A DNA stretch of 64,000 nucleotides from Gnetum montanum (Eukaryota; Plantae; Gnetophyta). How positions within the stretch are numbered: the first letter of the stretch is position 1; every line of letters starts with the position of its first letter. Below, piece after piece: positions 39,626-53,217 of the stretch. The stretch spans positions 499,889 to 563,888 of the forward strand of contig MNCI01000542.1 of assembly GCA_015680685.1 (NCBI GenBank). The letters run 5' to 3'. The translations under genes were made by a program, and so were the position numbers. The notes below the pieces were generated by a model. The model ran no database searches. It worked only from the letters and a program-made list of their open reading frames with translations, and was not told where the DNA came from.

Positions 39626-41348
39626 GTCAGGCAAGAATAGATACATCTGCATTTCTGCCTAAAATATAAAAATTGCGAAAACAGAATATTAGTCAGTTGT
39701 ATGTTTAAGGCGTTTCTTTTTTAACCTAACTTTTTGCGTTGCCGTTGTGGCACGTTGCCCTGTTTCCCTTTTCTGGTAACTATGTAATTACCTATGAGTA
39801 ATCGCTTTTACAAATTAGGCAGTTGCAGTTTTCAATAGTAAATATTTTTCAAAATACCATTTAAAAATTTTCTCTCCTTCATGAAAGTTCATGAAATCAA
39901 AGCATAATGTGCAGATAGTGAAAAAGGGAAAACAAAAACTGCTGCAGGTTAGCTTGAACTTTGACAATACCGTGCTTTTGTCTCAACTATGAACAGTAAT
40001 CATCGTAGCTGTGAAAGTGTGATGGCAGTTACAGCTCAATTTTTTCATGATGCAACTGGCGTATGAATGAATTTTTGAAAAAAAAGCTTCCACGACATTG
40101 ATTTATGTCATGATACCGTGTAAATGTGTATGTAGAAGCTTGAACGCCATTGATTTGGCTTTCAATTTGGCTGAATAAAGGATTGAACCCTAGGCGGCCA
40201 TAGTTATGATGATTGTAACAGCCATTGATTTGATGACTACCTGTTAGAGGAATATCGTTTTAGAAAATTTATGGCAGACGTCATTCACACGCAACGCTCT
40301 ATAAACGGCTACTCTGCACGTGCAATGCTTATGGTAGGCCTACGAGAAATAACATATATATATATATACTTAATGCAATTTTTATTTTGGTAACTTCCCA
40401 CGTTGATATAATAAGTGAATATGATTTGTTTGTAAAAATTTATATTCTATCCGGTAAGGTAACACCTCACTTTAATTATAATGAAGTTTAAGCCACTTCT
40501 GAAAAATGCTTGCTATGTAAATGTCTGACAATTTTACCTTGACAACAAAATCCAATCCCAGGGTATCCTCGGAGTTTTTATCCCTGACGATTGGTACACT
40601 TTCTTTCATAGAAATTGGTGCAGAAATTGTTCCAAGACACATGGGGTACTCTGTCAAGATCTGGAAAAGCAACAGTGTTCTATTATAGTACGCTCCCTGA
40701 CTATTTGAAAACCTCGTTTCTTTCTAAGTTCCAAGCCACAGCCATATTGTCAGATACGATACGCTGGCTGCTCCAATGCATGTGTAATTAATCCGCCAAC
40801 TTGGCAACTGTACCTCCCTGACAAATTCATCAATTTTATTCAGTGTGTCTTGTCACTGTCTAAAAAGAGCTGGTACGGAGATATCATTATTAATGATAAA
40901 GAACCCATCACATGGCTCTGTTGTAAGAGTTTGCTTGACCATTACCAGGAGTTAACTTGTACCATGAGTTTTTAAACCGGTAGTACTACTTTTGTCTTGG
41001 TTTGATAAAATTTGCCCATCATATTATTAGTCAGCTCGATCGAATTCTTGGTGTGTGGAGAAAGGTATGAGTTCTATTTGAGCGTTGCATTAAAGCTAAT
41101 GGGGTATAGAATTCAACTCATGTGAACCATGCATGTGTGAGGGCATCAACCATTCTTATAAATGATATGTTGTTCTAAACACTAGGAAGGTGGAAACATA
41201 ATTATTGAGCTATTTTGACAAAGGTTTATGTCATTTGCATTTAACATGCTTTAACATTAAATGCATTGTGTGGTGTATAGCAAACAAAGGTGAGACTTAT
41301 GAATATACATTTAAATATTATATATTTATTTATTTATATGGTTAGAGC

Positions 41349-42170
41349 CATCATCATCATCAGCATCCTAGCCTTGTCCCAACAAAACAGGATCAGGTAT
41401 ATGAGTTCTTTTTCACCATTCACCTCTATGAAAAGCTAGATCTTTGTTTATTCGTAGTTTCTTCAAATCATCTTCGATCATTTTTTCCTGTCTTCTCTGG
41501 TCTTCTTTTTGATGGCTTTTCTAAAATAGTGATGTAGTAACCTTTGTTTATAGGCTCATTGTCTAATCTTCTTTGAATATGTCCAAACCATCTACGCTAT
41601 TATTCTTGTAGCTTAGTTAAAATAGAAGCCACCCCAAGTCTTTCTCTAATGTCTATATTATGTAATTTATCTCTTTTAACAACATTCAACATCCATCGAA
41701 GTATTCTACCACACTAATTTATTGTTCATCCCTCTTTTTCATTGAATAACATTCAACACCATATAAGATGGTAGGCCTGATCGCTATCCTATAAAATTTC
41801 CCATTTAATTTTACAAGTATTCTTTTATCACACACCACTAGCCTATCTTCATTTTGACCATGTTGCCCCAATTCTATTTCTAATATCTTTATTAATTTCA
41901 CCATTTGATTATAAGATTGATCCTAGGTAGCCAAACTATTTGCAATGACAAATTTTTGTGCCTTGAATTGTTAGTTCTATTTCACCATTGTTTATCATCA
42001 TCGTCATTATAATCCTAGCCTTGTCCAAACAAAATCAGATTAGTTATATGAGTTTTTTTTTTAACTATTTGCCTCCATGAAGAGCTAGATCTTTGTTTAT
42101 TTGTCATTTCTTCAAATCATCTTTGATCTTTTTTCCCATGTCTTCTTTGATCTTCCTTTTGGTGGATTTC
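41349..42170 (-). mobile_element. RTE-clade LINE 3' fragments (copy 1 and start of copy 2) with (ATG)n tails
   Basis: CATCATCAT tails at 41349 and ~41994; GKFYRIAIRPTILYGVEC motif. Confidence 0.85.
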
Positions 42171-45100
42171 TGATGAGTGGTGAGGTACCCCTCCACTCAA
42201 CCATACAAATACAAGTGTCTCACGCACAATCCGGTCAAACTCCAAGGACTAAGTGCTTACGTGCCTTAATGGAACACTTAAGGTTAATCAATTGTTGTCT
42301 TCCCAAACTTACTTGTATTGTCACGGTTGTATGGTTAAGTAAACTTGAGGTATATGATTTTTATATCTTTTATCTTTTTAATGTCTTATGCTAACAAGGG
42401 AAGGTGAGAGAACTAAGTGACTAAATTTCCTTAACTATTCACTAACTAAGTTCTAATTGTCCTAGCATCAGTATCCGTTCCCACTTGCCGCACACACCTT
42501 GAACCAGTGCAACGCTGCTGGGATTACCAAACGCTACTTGTTACTAGGTTACCAAGCATTACACACGTGCTCGAAGTGGTCGTACTGAGTGCACTTAACT
42601 AGGAGAGTCAAGGGTTGAGAGAGAATAATTATCTAGGAAAGCATTTAAACATTTAACAATAATTAATTCCTATTTAGCTTAGTCCACATGCTGCAAGGTT
42701 TATCAGAAAGTTCATCTTTATTGTCGTACACAAATATGTGCTCAGGTACAATTTGCTCGAATAAAGATCTATTCACTTTAAGACTCCTACTGTGGGCACA
42801 TGGAAATTATTCTAACTTTGGAATGGTAAAACTGCTATAGTTTGGCTAAGGGTCTAAGTCTAAGTCCCTAAAACAGAGAAAGCCGCCTCTTATTTATAGG
42901 CATTGCAGCGGGCCATGATATCGCATACGCGATATCGCGGCTCATCATACCCCCATGATTAAATAAAAACTCATCCTTGAGTTCCTTACAAAATATTGGG
43001 AAGGTATGGGATTATTAACTTGAATGACACTAATGGTGAATGGGGTGACATGTGAACGGATCATCATTACAACACATGACAATATTAGTGTTCATGACAA
43101 CAAGAGTGAACACTATACACATTTGACATCCAGCCTTATTTGGCAGCTGAGAGAGAGAAGAGAGAGAAGGAGAAGTTTGTTGTTGCCGATGCCAGGATTG
43201 CGCCTTCCATTGTTCATCCATAAGCGCACCATCAATCTTGTTCCTTGCATAACTGCTCCAACACCAGTCCATTCCAAGTGTTCCCTCCAGATCCAATCTA
43301 TTGTTGTATGATTGTCATCTGCACACACAACATAGTCTTATATTAGTAAGGATAAATGAATCACAATGTAGTTGATACCTTACCTTAGTGTAAGGTCCAT
43401 TGGCTAAGTTGTGATATGGTTAATGGAGATTTTGGAGATATAACACTGGTGACTACCCAAGGTGTAGGGGTTAAGAGAAAATTGAAAAAATTGGACCAGG
43501 ACCCCCATGACTGAGAGCAAACCTCCGGTAGCGAGAGAATGGAAAAAGATAAGAAATAAGAAATATGGAGAAAAAGAAACAACGGCAACGCTGATAAAAT
43601 GGATGTCAGGAATGGAAATGAACAAAATAAATGTTGATTGCAAAAATGTTTAAGGAAAAGAAATTAACGAATGGACCAAATAGAAATGCTAGTGGGTCCT
43701 CCCCAAAGCAAGCTCATGCCCTTAATGCCTTGACAATCCTGCATTCAAGAGTCCGTAGGCTCTAGAAATGTCATTCAAAAACAAGATTGAAAGTCTTAAC
43801 CACAAGAATTTACCAAAAAGAAAACAATGCATCAATAAAAATATGGACTATTAATACAACTGGCAATGAGGTGAAAAATGGAGAAAGAAGGATGAAAAGA
43901 AGAGAATGGAATGGAGTCTCAAGAACAAGGTGGTGTACAGCCCCTTGTGTATTAATGGTTAATGTGACTTAGTAGATCTTATTCCAAATCTAGGCTCAAA
44001 CAATCCACATACAATGACTTCGCATTAATGCATTTGGCCAATCCATCCCCCTGAAGTAACGAGAATGCTTCCGCCAACAAGTCACCACCATTTCGAGGAA
44101 ACGAGAAAGGATAAAGTAGGAAGCAAGAAAGGGCCTTAGTTAGAGGGAACATGTTTGTTTAGTTCCATAACCAGTGCTTGTAGCCCACATGATTATTTCA
44201 TCTAAGGGGTGTGCTTTGAATTCTCTCTTTTTTCTTGACTCTCTCTCTCTCTCTCTCTCCCTCTCTCTTTTGCGTGAGAACCACACCATGCAAAGACTTA
44301 TTATTTTTATTAGCTCAGCTTCCCAATAATGGAGCAGCGTCGGAATGGTAAGGAAAACTCAAGAAGAAAACATTCAAGCATCCAAAAGAATGGCCAGCAC
44401 AAATGCATCAAATCCCCTTGAAGTCACACCCTTTTCAATCCTTGAGTCCTTCCTTAGTTCAAGAAATGCCCAGTCATTAATTTGTTGATAGTTCTTATTA
44501 TTGAAAGAAAGGGACTATACAGTTCCAAGCCAAGAGAGACCATGGAGATTCATGGATGCATGGATGACATGGACTCATTGCGTGTTATATCAAAAGAACG
44601 ATACCTTAGTATCAACATTATAACTCAAAGGTAAAAACCAAACATTAGCAATCAATGAGATATAGTTCATACCATCATTAGGAGCACTTATTAGGTGACA
44701 AACCTAACAAAATAAATAAACACACAAATAAACGAAAAAGTATGAACGATGTTGCAAAACAAAAACAAAAAAAGTTAGAGAAATTTGTAAAACAAAAATG
44801 TGTAAAACAAAAACTTAAAAAAAAGGAACTAAAGGCCTTGATTGATCAACATAGGTGGCCATCTCTCCCATGACTAAGTTGGAAGGGGGAGATCCAAAAT
44901 AATGAGCGAGGTTGTCTCTCTCAGAGGTATTATGTGCACCGACTGTTCTAAGTTCATGAAAGGGTTTGGTCTGTTGCACATTAACTAGTAATCTTTTATC
45001 GGAGTGCTTGTTTGAAGTTTTTAGGTATTTCCAGCTTCCCCCTATTGATGTTTTTAGGTTAAGGGTTGGAAGTTGGCTCCAGTGCATCTATGCTTTCAAC

Positions 45101-48100
45101 GTGGGCGCAAGTTGTTCCCCCAGTTAGTTTCATGCATGTTAGTGAGTTGCTCTCTTGATCAGCTATCAACCACTGGGTGTCTTCTTGTTGTGTGGTTGCT
45201 ACATATAAACACTTTTGTATGTTAATCTCTTGGGCACATCGGTTGCATGCAAGCAGAGTTGAACATTCCTATACGCAATCACACCCTGTATCACTGTATG
45301 TGATGCATGGAACTTTCTTCTTCTCAAACTTCCCAAAAGTGTTTTCCTTAGATATTTTCAGGGAAAGATTGCGAATTCCTAGGTGTGCATTTATGGTACT
45401 TAGCCATGCCCTTCCCATTATTATTGGGAAGTCCCCTTTGTCATTGTTTACTTATATCACTAGGAAATCAGCTAGGTATGACCACCCACACACAGTGGTA
45501 ATGATGTCCTCCACTAGTCCCAAGGGAACAGTGATGGACTGGTCAATTAGCTCTAAGCAAATATTGCTCTTCTTTAGTGGAGGCAGTTCCAGACTTTATA
45601 CATATCTTATGATATTAAGTTAACTCTGGAACCTGAGTCCAGAAGAGCCTTAAATGGTTCATTCCTAGAGATAGATTAAAGGGCTTCCAGGGTCAGAGAA
45701 TTTCCTGGAAAGGTGGCCCTCCTTAATCCAGTTAATGACGACGTGTGTTAACATAACTATGGGCGTTAAGCTTTGTTTTTGATTTGAAGAGAGCTCTGAA
45801 GCCTTATTTGATGGAGAAGCGTATAGAGGCTCAGCCGCTTGTGGTTTTGATTGGGTTGTTGGTTTTGAAGAAAGGTCTTCTTCTGGTATGGTTGTCAGAA
45901 CTAGCAACGGGTTGAAGGTTTACAACTCTCGTAGCATTGCGTTGCTAGGGTTGAGTGAGGAGTTCCCCTTGCATTGCCAGAGTGGGTGGTAATGGAGCTA
46001 TCAGTGTGAGAGTTGCAGATGGGTTTGAAGGATGGTATGTCTGTGAGTTGTCTCTTCCAGGAGAAGGAGTCCTATAATACTCCTGAGCTTGGTAGTGACG
46101 TTGTGGTATCACGTGATCAATAGAGTCACGTGATCAACAGAGTCATGTGGAGAGATCAGCTACAGCACGTAATAGCCATATGGATCCAGTTTTCAGTAAG
46201 GGTATTGTTGTTGTGGTGGTGGCATCCTCCATAACTATGGGTATTGCCACTGCTGGTGTTGTTCAATAGGTTGTGGCAGAGTTCCACTTGGATAATACGT
46301 TAAAGGTTGGTGGAACTGCCTTGGGTTACCCTGGGGATAAGGTAACCATCAGGGTGCTTGTCATTTGTTAAGTCGTGGGTTGCGTGCATACACCCTAGAC
46401 TCTTGTAGATGTGAGATTACTGGGCAACATCCCTTAGGATGGTCGTATTGGCATATCTCACATCCACCATCATTGTCTGTATTAGAATTCACAACCTCTT
46501 CGGTGATGGCCATTTTACCCTTACCTTTGTTACGTGCATGGTCCAAGTCCCTCTTTTTCTTTTTTTCATAGTCACTACTTCACTCCTTAGACTCCTCTAC
46601 AATTTTAAGAATAGTTTCAAATCTATTATCTAGGGAGTTCCACATTTGGTCTACCTTTGCCAACACTTCTGTTGTTAATTTTTGGAGCAGCAATGTTTTT
46701 CTATTCACCATCTCTTTGAGTGGTGACTCTTCCTCCTCACAAAATCTTACTTTTCTTTTTCGGAGGGAAGGATCTCAGTTGAACTCTTCCGCACTTTCTC
46801 TCTTACGTAGCTCTCCTTCTTCCTTGGCTACTTGCTCAAGCAATCTATGAACTTGATGGAACCTAAGCTTTGATAATCTCCCTTGGGCATACGTTCCAAG
46901 GGCTCTCCTTGTTTCATGCCTAAGTCCATCTATAAGATGGCATAGTTAATCCTGCTACAAATAACCATGGCTGGGGAAATGATGTAATAGTGCATAATAA
47001 TAACCCATGGCAGCATCCAAGGATTCATGATTTCCCTGCTTCCATCTTTGGATTTGCTTTCGCAGGTTAGACACTCGGGAGTACGTTTGGTATTTATCAT
47101 TAAATAGTTCTAGTATCGTACTCCACCTTCGAATGGATTCCGGTTCTAAGGACCAGTACCAGCTTTCTGCTTCTTTTACTAGTGTCCTTGGGAATAACTT
47201 TAGTTCTTGCCATTCGTTCTCAATGTTCTGCAAGACACATGCATCATGAAATGCTTGTAAGTGGTTTTGAGGATCAGCGTTGTATCCCCCCTCAAATCGT
47301 AGGATGTTATTCATGTCTAACCTCTTGATCTTGCTATCTTTTTGGTGCCTTGTGGGAATTCTTATGGCCTTCGTGATATCTAACATGCTTCGGGTTGCAA
47401 GTAGGAGTTCTTCATGGTCATTTCATTCATAGCATCTGTGATGTCTACGCAGTTCCCTACTATACCTTCTTCTATGCCATGATTCTCTAGAGTGCCCTCG
47501 TCCTCGTTCTTGGCTCTCTCATCGAGGTTTCTCACTTTGTTTACCTTTATCCTCATGGTTAGGTTCCTTATGATTGCATCCTAATACTGAAGGAGAGGAT
47601 GAATGTGACGATGAAGGTGAAGAAGAAGGAGAACCATCATCATGATGATGTTTCCTACCTTCTCTTTGGTGGTCTTGGCCCCGATCATGATTACGATCAG
47701 ACTGCCCATCCTTATGATGTGTTTGTGTTCCCTCGTTGAACACTTGGTGTTCATGGGGATCAGAACCAGGGTTGTGAACTATGGAGTGAATGTTCTGATA
47801 CACCACCTCCTCACCATCATTAGGAGGAGGAACATCATTTGGTGGGAAACCTATTGAAACTGGTTCACCATCTCCAATATTGCTTAAAATGTGCAAGACA
47901 TTATGGGGTCATTTACCCTTCAAAGATGTGTGATATCTCTCCTATTGCAAGTCCCTTTGACGTTGCGCTTCTGTGGGATGGTATTCCCTTGTGTTGTGGT
48001 CGCATGCAATGTACTTTGCGTACAATTGTGACATGCCTATTCATGCAAGAGCATGAAGGAGCATGTTGGGGACTGCTCGGTCTGAAGGCAACACTATGTT

Positions 48101-49229
48101 ACCCTCCAAGTCTCTCCAACATAGTTGTTCATCTTGATAGAGAATAAAGGTAAAGTCAAGTACATATTCATCATGATGAATATATACCACACGGAATTGT
48201 TGAGAAACTAGTGGATCTTGGTTACGTGTGTTGTGCCATCAACTGTCTCTTATGTTGGTCCTAGGTGGTGAAGTGCTTTTGTGTGAAGAAGAAGACATTT
48301 TTATCTTGTTTGGTGTGCTAATTACCATTGTCTTATTTTTTTATTTTGATCAATCCTAAGGGTTCATTCTAGCGTCCCAACGATATGAATGATCTCCTAT
48401 GTTCTACATAGCACACAAACAACTAAGTCCCCGACAATGGTGCCAATGATGAGTGGCGAGGTACCCCTACACTCAACCATACGAATACGAGTGTCTCATG
48501 CACAATCCAGTCGAACTCCAAGGACTAAGTGCTTACGCGCCTTAATGGAACACTTAAGGTTAATCAATCGTTGTCTTCCCAAACTTACTTGTATTGTCAC
48601 AGTTGTATGGTTAAGTAAGCTTGAAGTATATGATTTTTATATCTTTTATCTTTTTAATGTCTTATGCTAACAGGCGAAGGTGAGAGAACTAAGTGACTAA
48701 ATTTCCTTAACTATTCACTAACTAAGTTCTAATTGTCCTAGAATCAGTATCCATTCCCACTTGCCACACACACCCTGAACTAGTGCAATGCTGCTGGGAT
48801 TACCAAACGCTACTTGTTACTGGGTTACCAAGCATTCCACACGTGCTCGAAGTGGTCGTACTAAGTGCACTTAACTAAGAGAGTCAAGATTTAAGAGAGA
48901 TTAATTATCTAGGAAAGCATTTAAATATTTAACAATAATTAATTTCTATTTAGCTTAGTCCACATGCTGCAAGGTTTATCAGAAAGTTCGTCTTTATTAC
49001 TGTACACAAATGTGTGCTCAGGTACAATTTGGTCGAATAAAGATTCGTTCACTTTAAGATTCCTACTGCGGGCATATGGAAATTATTCTAACTCTGGAAT
49101 GGTAAAACTGTTATAGTTTGGCTAAGGGTCTAAGTCTAAGTGCCTAAAATAGGGAAAGTTGCCTCTTATTTATAGGCATTGCTACGGGTCGGGATATCGC
49201 GAGGGCGGACGTGATATCATGGCTCATCA
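42171..49229 (-). mobile_element. Full-length non-autonomous Athila-type Ty3/gypsy element (gag-protease only) inserted in an RTE fragment
   Basis: LTRs 42171-42947 and 48447-49229 (TGATGAG...CTCATCA), TSD ATTTC/CTTTC, PBS TGGCACCATTGTCGGGGA (tRNA-Asp type), PPT CATGGGGGTA at ~42948-42957. Confidence 0.92.
44820..48298 (-). pseudogene. gag: Athila-type gag-protease, decayed
   Basis: FEGGYNADPQNHL...LFPRTLVKEAESWYWSL; CEICQYDHPKGCC; KFSDPGSP; ALLDSGSRVN; DFPIIIGRAWL; no RT. Confidence 0.85.
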
Positions 49230-51510
49230 CTTTCCTAGAGTAATGATGTAGCAACCTTTGTATATAAGCTCATTATTTGATCTTCTTTGCACATGTCTAA
49301 ACCATCTAGTCACCATTCTTGTAGCTTATCTAAAATAAAAGCCACTCCAAGTCTTCCTCTAATGTTTTTATCATGTAGTTTATATTTCTTCTAATAACAT
49401 TCAGCATCCATCAAAGCATTCACATTTCTACCACATAGATTTTTTGTTCATGCCTTTTTTGTATTGCCCAACATTCAACACCATATAAGATAGCAAGCCT
49501 GATTACTATCCTGTAAAATTTCCTTTTTAATTTTACTAGTATTCTTTTATTACATAGAACACCACTAGCATGTCTCTATTTTAACCATCCTACGTCATTT
49601 CTATTTCTAATATCTTTATCAATTTCAACATCTGATTGAAGGATTGATCCTAGGTAGTAAAACTGTTTACAATGACAAACTTTTTTTGCCTTCAATTGTT
49701 ACTTCTATTTCACCACTATTTATCATCATCATCATCCTAGTCTTATCTCAACAAAATGGGGTTAGCTACATGAGTTCTTTTTCATCATTCACCTCTATGA
49801 AGAAGTAGATCTTTGTTTATTTGTAGTTTCTTCAAATCATCTTTAATGAGATTTTTCCCATGTCTTCTTTGATCTTCCTTTAAGTAGCTTTTCTAGAATA
49901 GTGATGTAGTAACTTTTGTTTATAAGCTCATTGTCTAATATTCTTTGCACATATCTAAACCATCTAAGGAACTATTCTTATAGCTTAATTAAAAAAGAAG
50001 CTAATCCAAGTCTTCCTCTGATGTCTATATTATGTAGTTTATTTCTTCTAGTAACATTCAACATCTATTCAATCATTCACATTTCTACCACAGTGATTTG
50101 TTGTTCATGCCTCTTTTATACTATTCAACATTCAACACCATATAAGACAGCAGGCTTGATTGCTATCATGTAAAATTTTCTCTTTAATTTTATTAGTATT
50201 GTTTTATAACATGGAACACCACTAGCTTGTATCCATTTTAATCATTTTGCCTCCATTCTATTTTTGATATCTTTATCAATTTCACCATCTCATTGGAGGA
50301 TTAATCCTAGGTAGTGAAACTATTTTCAATGATGTACTTTTTTATCTTGAATTGTTACTTCTATTTCACAATTGTTTATGTTGTTATTAAAATTACATTT
50401 TATATATTTTGGCCTACTTCTACTAATTTTTAAGCTTTTTGATTTTAGAGTAAGTCTCCATTGCTCCATTTTAGCAACAACATTTTCCTTAGTGTTATCC
50501 ACCAACACAATATCATCTGCAAATAGCATACACCAAGGGATTAGATCTTATATTTCCTTTGTTAATCAGTACATGCTAAGTGCAAACCCTTGATGTAAAC
50601 CTATTGTGAGTAAAAAATCAAATATTATTCCATAAACTTTTCTAATTTTAGTATTAGCTCCTTCATACATGTATTGAATCATTTTAATATATTTATCAGG
50701 GATGTTTTCCCACTATAAGGCCTACCAAAGAATATCTCTAAGCACTCTATCATACGCTTTATCCAAATCAATGAAGATCGTATGTAGATTTTTTCTATGT
50801 TTTCTAAATTTCTCCATTAGTTATCATATCAAAAAAATCACCTGTATAGTACATCTCTCTAGCATAAATCCAAATTGATTTTCTAATACTGTTGATTCAA
50901 TTTTGAGATACTACTATATGACTATCTCCCAAAGCTTCATAGTATGGCTCATTAGCTTGATTCCTCTATAGTTTATACAATCTTGTATGTCTCCTTTATT
51001 TTTATAAATGGAAACAATTAAGCTTTTTCTCTAATTTCTGGGCATGTCTCCATCTTTTAAAATTTTGTTAAATAATTTTGTTAGCTAAGAGACTCCTATA
51101 TCTTTTAATGCTTTCCAAGCTTCTATAGGAAAGCTATCTAATCCAACAATTTTTCCATTTTTCATCTCTGATAAGGCTATCTTCACCTCAAAGAAGGAAA
51201 GTTTATTAACCAAACCAAAATTTGGTTCTTCTTCTTGGATATCTTCTCTTGGGAACTCTTTTATTTAATAATTCATAAAAATAAATTTTCCATGTATCTA
51301 AAATTTCATTATCTTTTACTAAAATTCTTTCATCTACTTCCTTGATGCATTAGACATGATCAATGTCCTTACATTTCTTATTGTTGAAATTTGCCAAGTT
51401 ATAAATAAATTTTTCTCCTTTATTTGTTTTTAATTTCTCATAAAAGCTATCCAAGGCCTTATGTTTGGCTTTGGCTACTACTACGATTTCTTCCTTTACC
51501 ATTTTGTATA
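49230..51510 (-). mobile_element. RTE-clade LINE (rest of copy 2, plus copy 3 with decayed reverse transcriptase)
   Basis: MLFADDIVLVD RT motif (50326-50529), NYRGIKLMSHTMKLWE-like and FIDLDKAYD motifs, CATCAT tail at ~49722. Confidence 0.9.
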
Positions 51511-51564
51511 TCAAATAAATGCTTTTAGGGTAAAATACAAGAAGCTAAATTCATGCTTTACAAA

Positions 51565-53217
51565 TGATGAACAAGTCTTGAGTAATAGAAGGGTTGTTAT
51601 TTTTATTTGAGATTTGCGACTTATGATTCCTAAGTAATGAACATGCATTTTACGTCTACTCCAACGTTGGGTATGCAACATTGGTGCCTTGGTTTGACAT
51701 CAGGGTGTATACCCCAAGTTTATAAATATCGTGCTTGGGCTCTAGTTTTGCATAGTTTTAATAATTGGTTTTAGTTTTAATTTCCAAGCAAGGTAGCAAA
51801 GCTCTTGCAGTTTATTTTCCTTAAAGTTAGAATATTTTCTGAGTGCCCACAGAAGGAGTCTAAAGTGTGTACGGTTCTTTGTTTGAGCACTGATGTACCT
51901 GAGTGCAACAATGTGACGGGACTAAAAGAAACTCTTTTGACAATCCTTTTAGCACTAAAAATAGCTTAATATTTTCTTTATTGCATTTTACTTTCTTATT
52001 CTTTACTTTAATGCATTTGATTCAACAATTCATTTCCGGTTGTTAATGAACGCAAGCACGATCACTTTGAACATTCATATAGTACTTGGTAACCCAACAA
52101 CACTTAATGTTTGATAACCCAGCAGTGCTATACATGTTCAAGATGTGTTTAAGAAAGTGGGGTGATTACTTGTGTCAGACTAGCTAGGCAATAGATGCAT
52201 TAGATCTTTAATTACTCTACTCTTCATTCTTGTTGTAGGCAACCAAATCCATAAAATATAAAGTAAGAAAAATCATATACCTCAATTACACTTAAACCAT
52301 ATTCTTAAACTTCACAAGTGTAGTTGGGAAGACAATGAATGTTCTCAACATGATTTTACTTTCTAGAGAAACTAATGTACAAGATAACTATAGGTCAATG
52401 GAATTCGATCAGATTGTGCATAATGCCTTAGTGATTTGTATGGTTGGGTGTAAGGGTACCTCACAACTCATCATTAGTGCCATTGCCAAGGACCTTTTTG
52501 TTGTTTTGTGTGCTATCTAGGACCTAGTGAAAGTATTTAAATTTTTGGAATGAACCTAAGAGTCATATCTTATTTTATAATTACTACAACAATTTCTCAG
52601 AGCACACTGTGATTTTTTATTTGCTAACTAAAAATATCTTCCTCTCACAGGAGCACTTCTCTGCCCAAGGTTGATAAAGTTAAGTCAACAAAGCCTTAAT
52701 AGTATTGACTTATATATACTCATCCAGATGAGTATGTACCGAACTTCACCTTCATCCTACACCAGGATGAACAACTGTGGTAGCGTGACATGGAGGACAA
52801 CATTGTGTTGCCGCCTAATTGTGCTGCTCCTACAATGCTCTATCAAATGCTTGCACGATGTGGTCTTCAAGATCATCGTGGGGAGTATATTGTGGAAGAT
52901 GCTGACACCAGGGTTTACCATCCCACCAAAGCACAATGTCTATGTGATTGGCAATGGAATAGCTCTATGCATTTTTGAAGGGAAGAGGACTTATTGATCC
53001 TCCATTCCTGTTATACCAACAAGCCAATGCAGAACCCTTCTTTAGGGGTTTTCCATTCAATGACACTCCTCTCTTTAACTTCAATGATGAAGGTCAAAAC
53101 CAGAATCTGCACTCCATAGTTCACAATCTTGATTCTAGTAACAAGGGATTCAATGACAAAGATAGATCCAAAGAGGCAAGCTAAGGCATGGATGTAGACA
53201 AGAAGTAATATCATGAC
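51565..53217 (+). mobile_element. 5' end of an Athila-type element (LTR ~51565-52473, PBS, gag N-terminus), interrupted by the next element
   Basis: LTR ends CTCATCA, PBS-like TAGTGCCATTGCCAAGGAC, N-terminal DEYVPNFTFILHQDEQLW...YHPTKAQ block; left boundary approximate. Confidence 0.78.

Noticed and set aside
42170-42180. CTGATGA hammerhead core (also 7842, 31028, 33668, ~54480 on -)
   Set aside because: No stem II followed by GAAA; at 42170 it is just the LTR terminus plus flank
42101-42394. Similar ORFs at 42101 and 48389 suggesting a duplicated gene
   Set aside because: They lie antisense within the paired LTRs; the similarity comes from the LTR duplication
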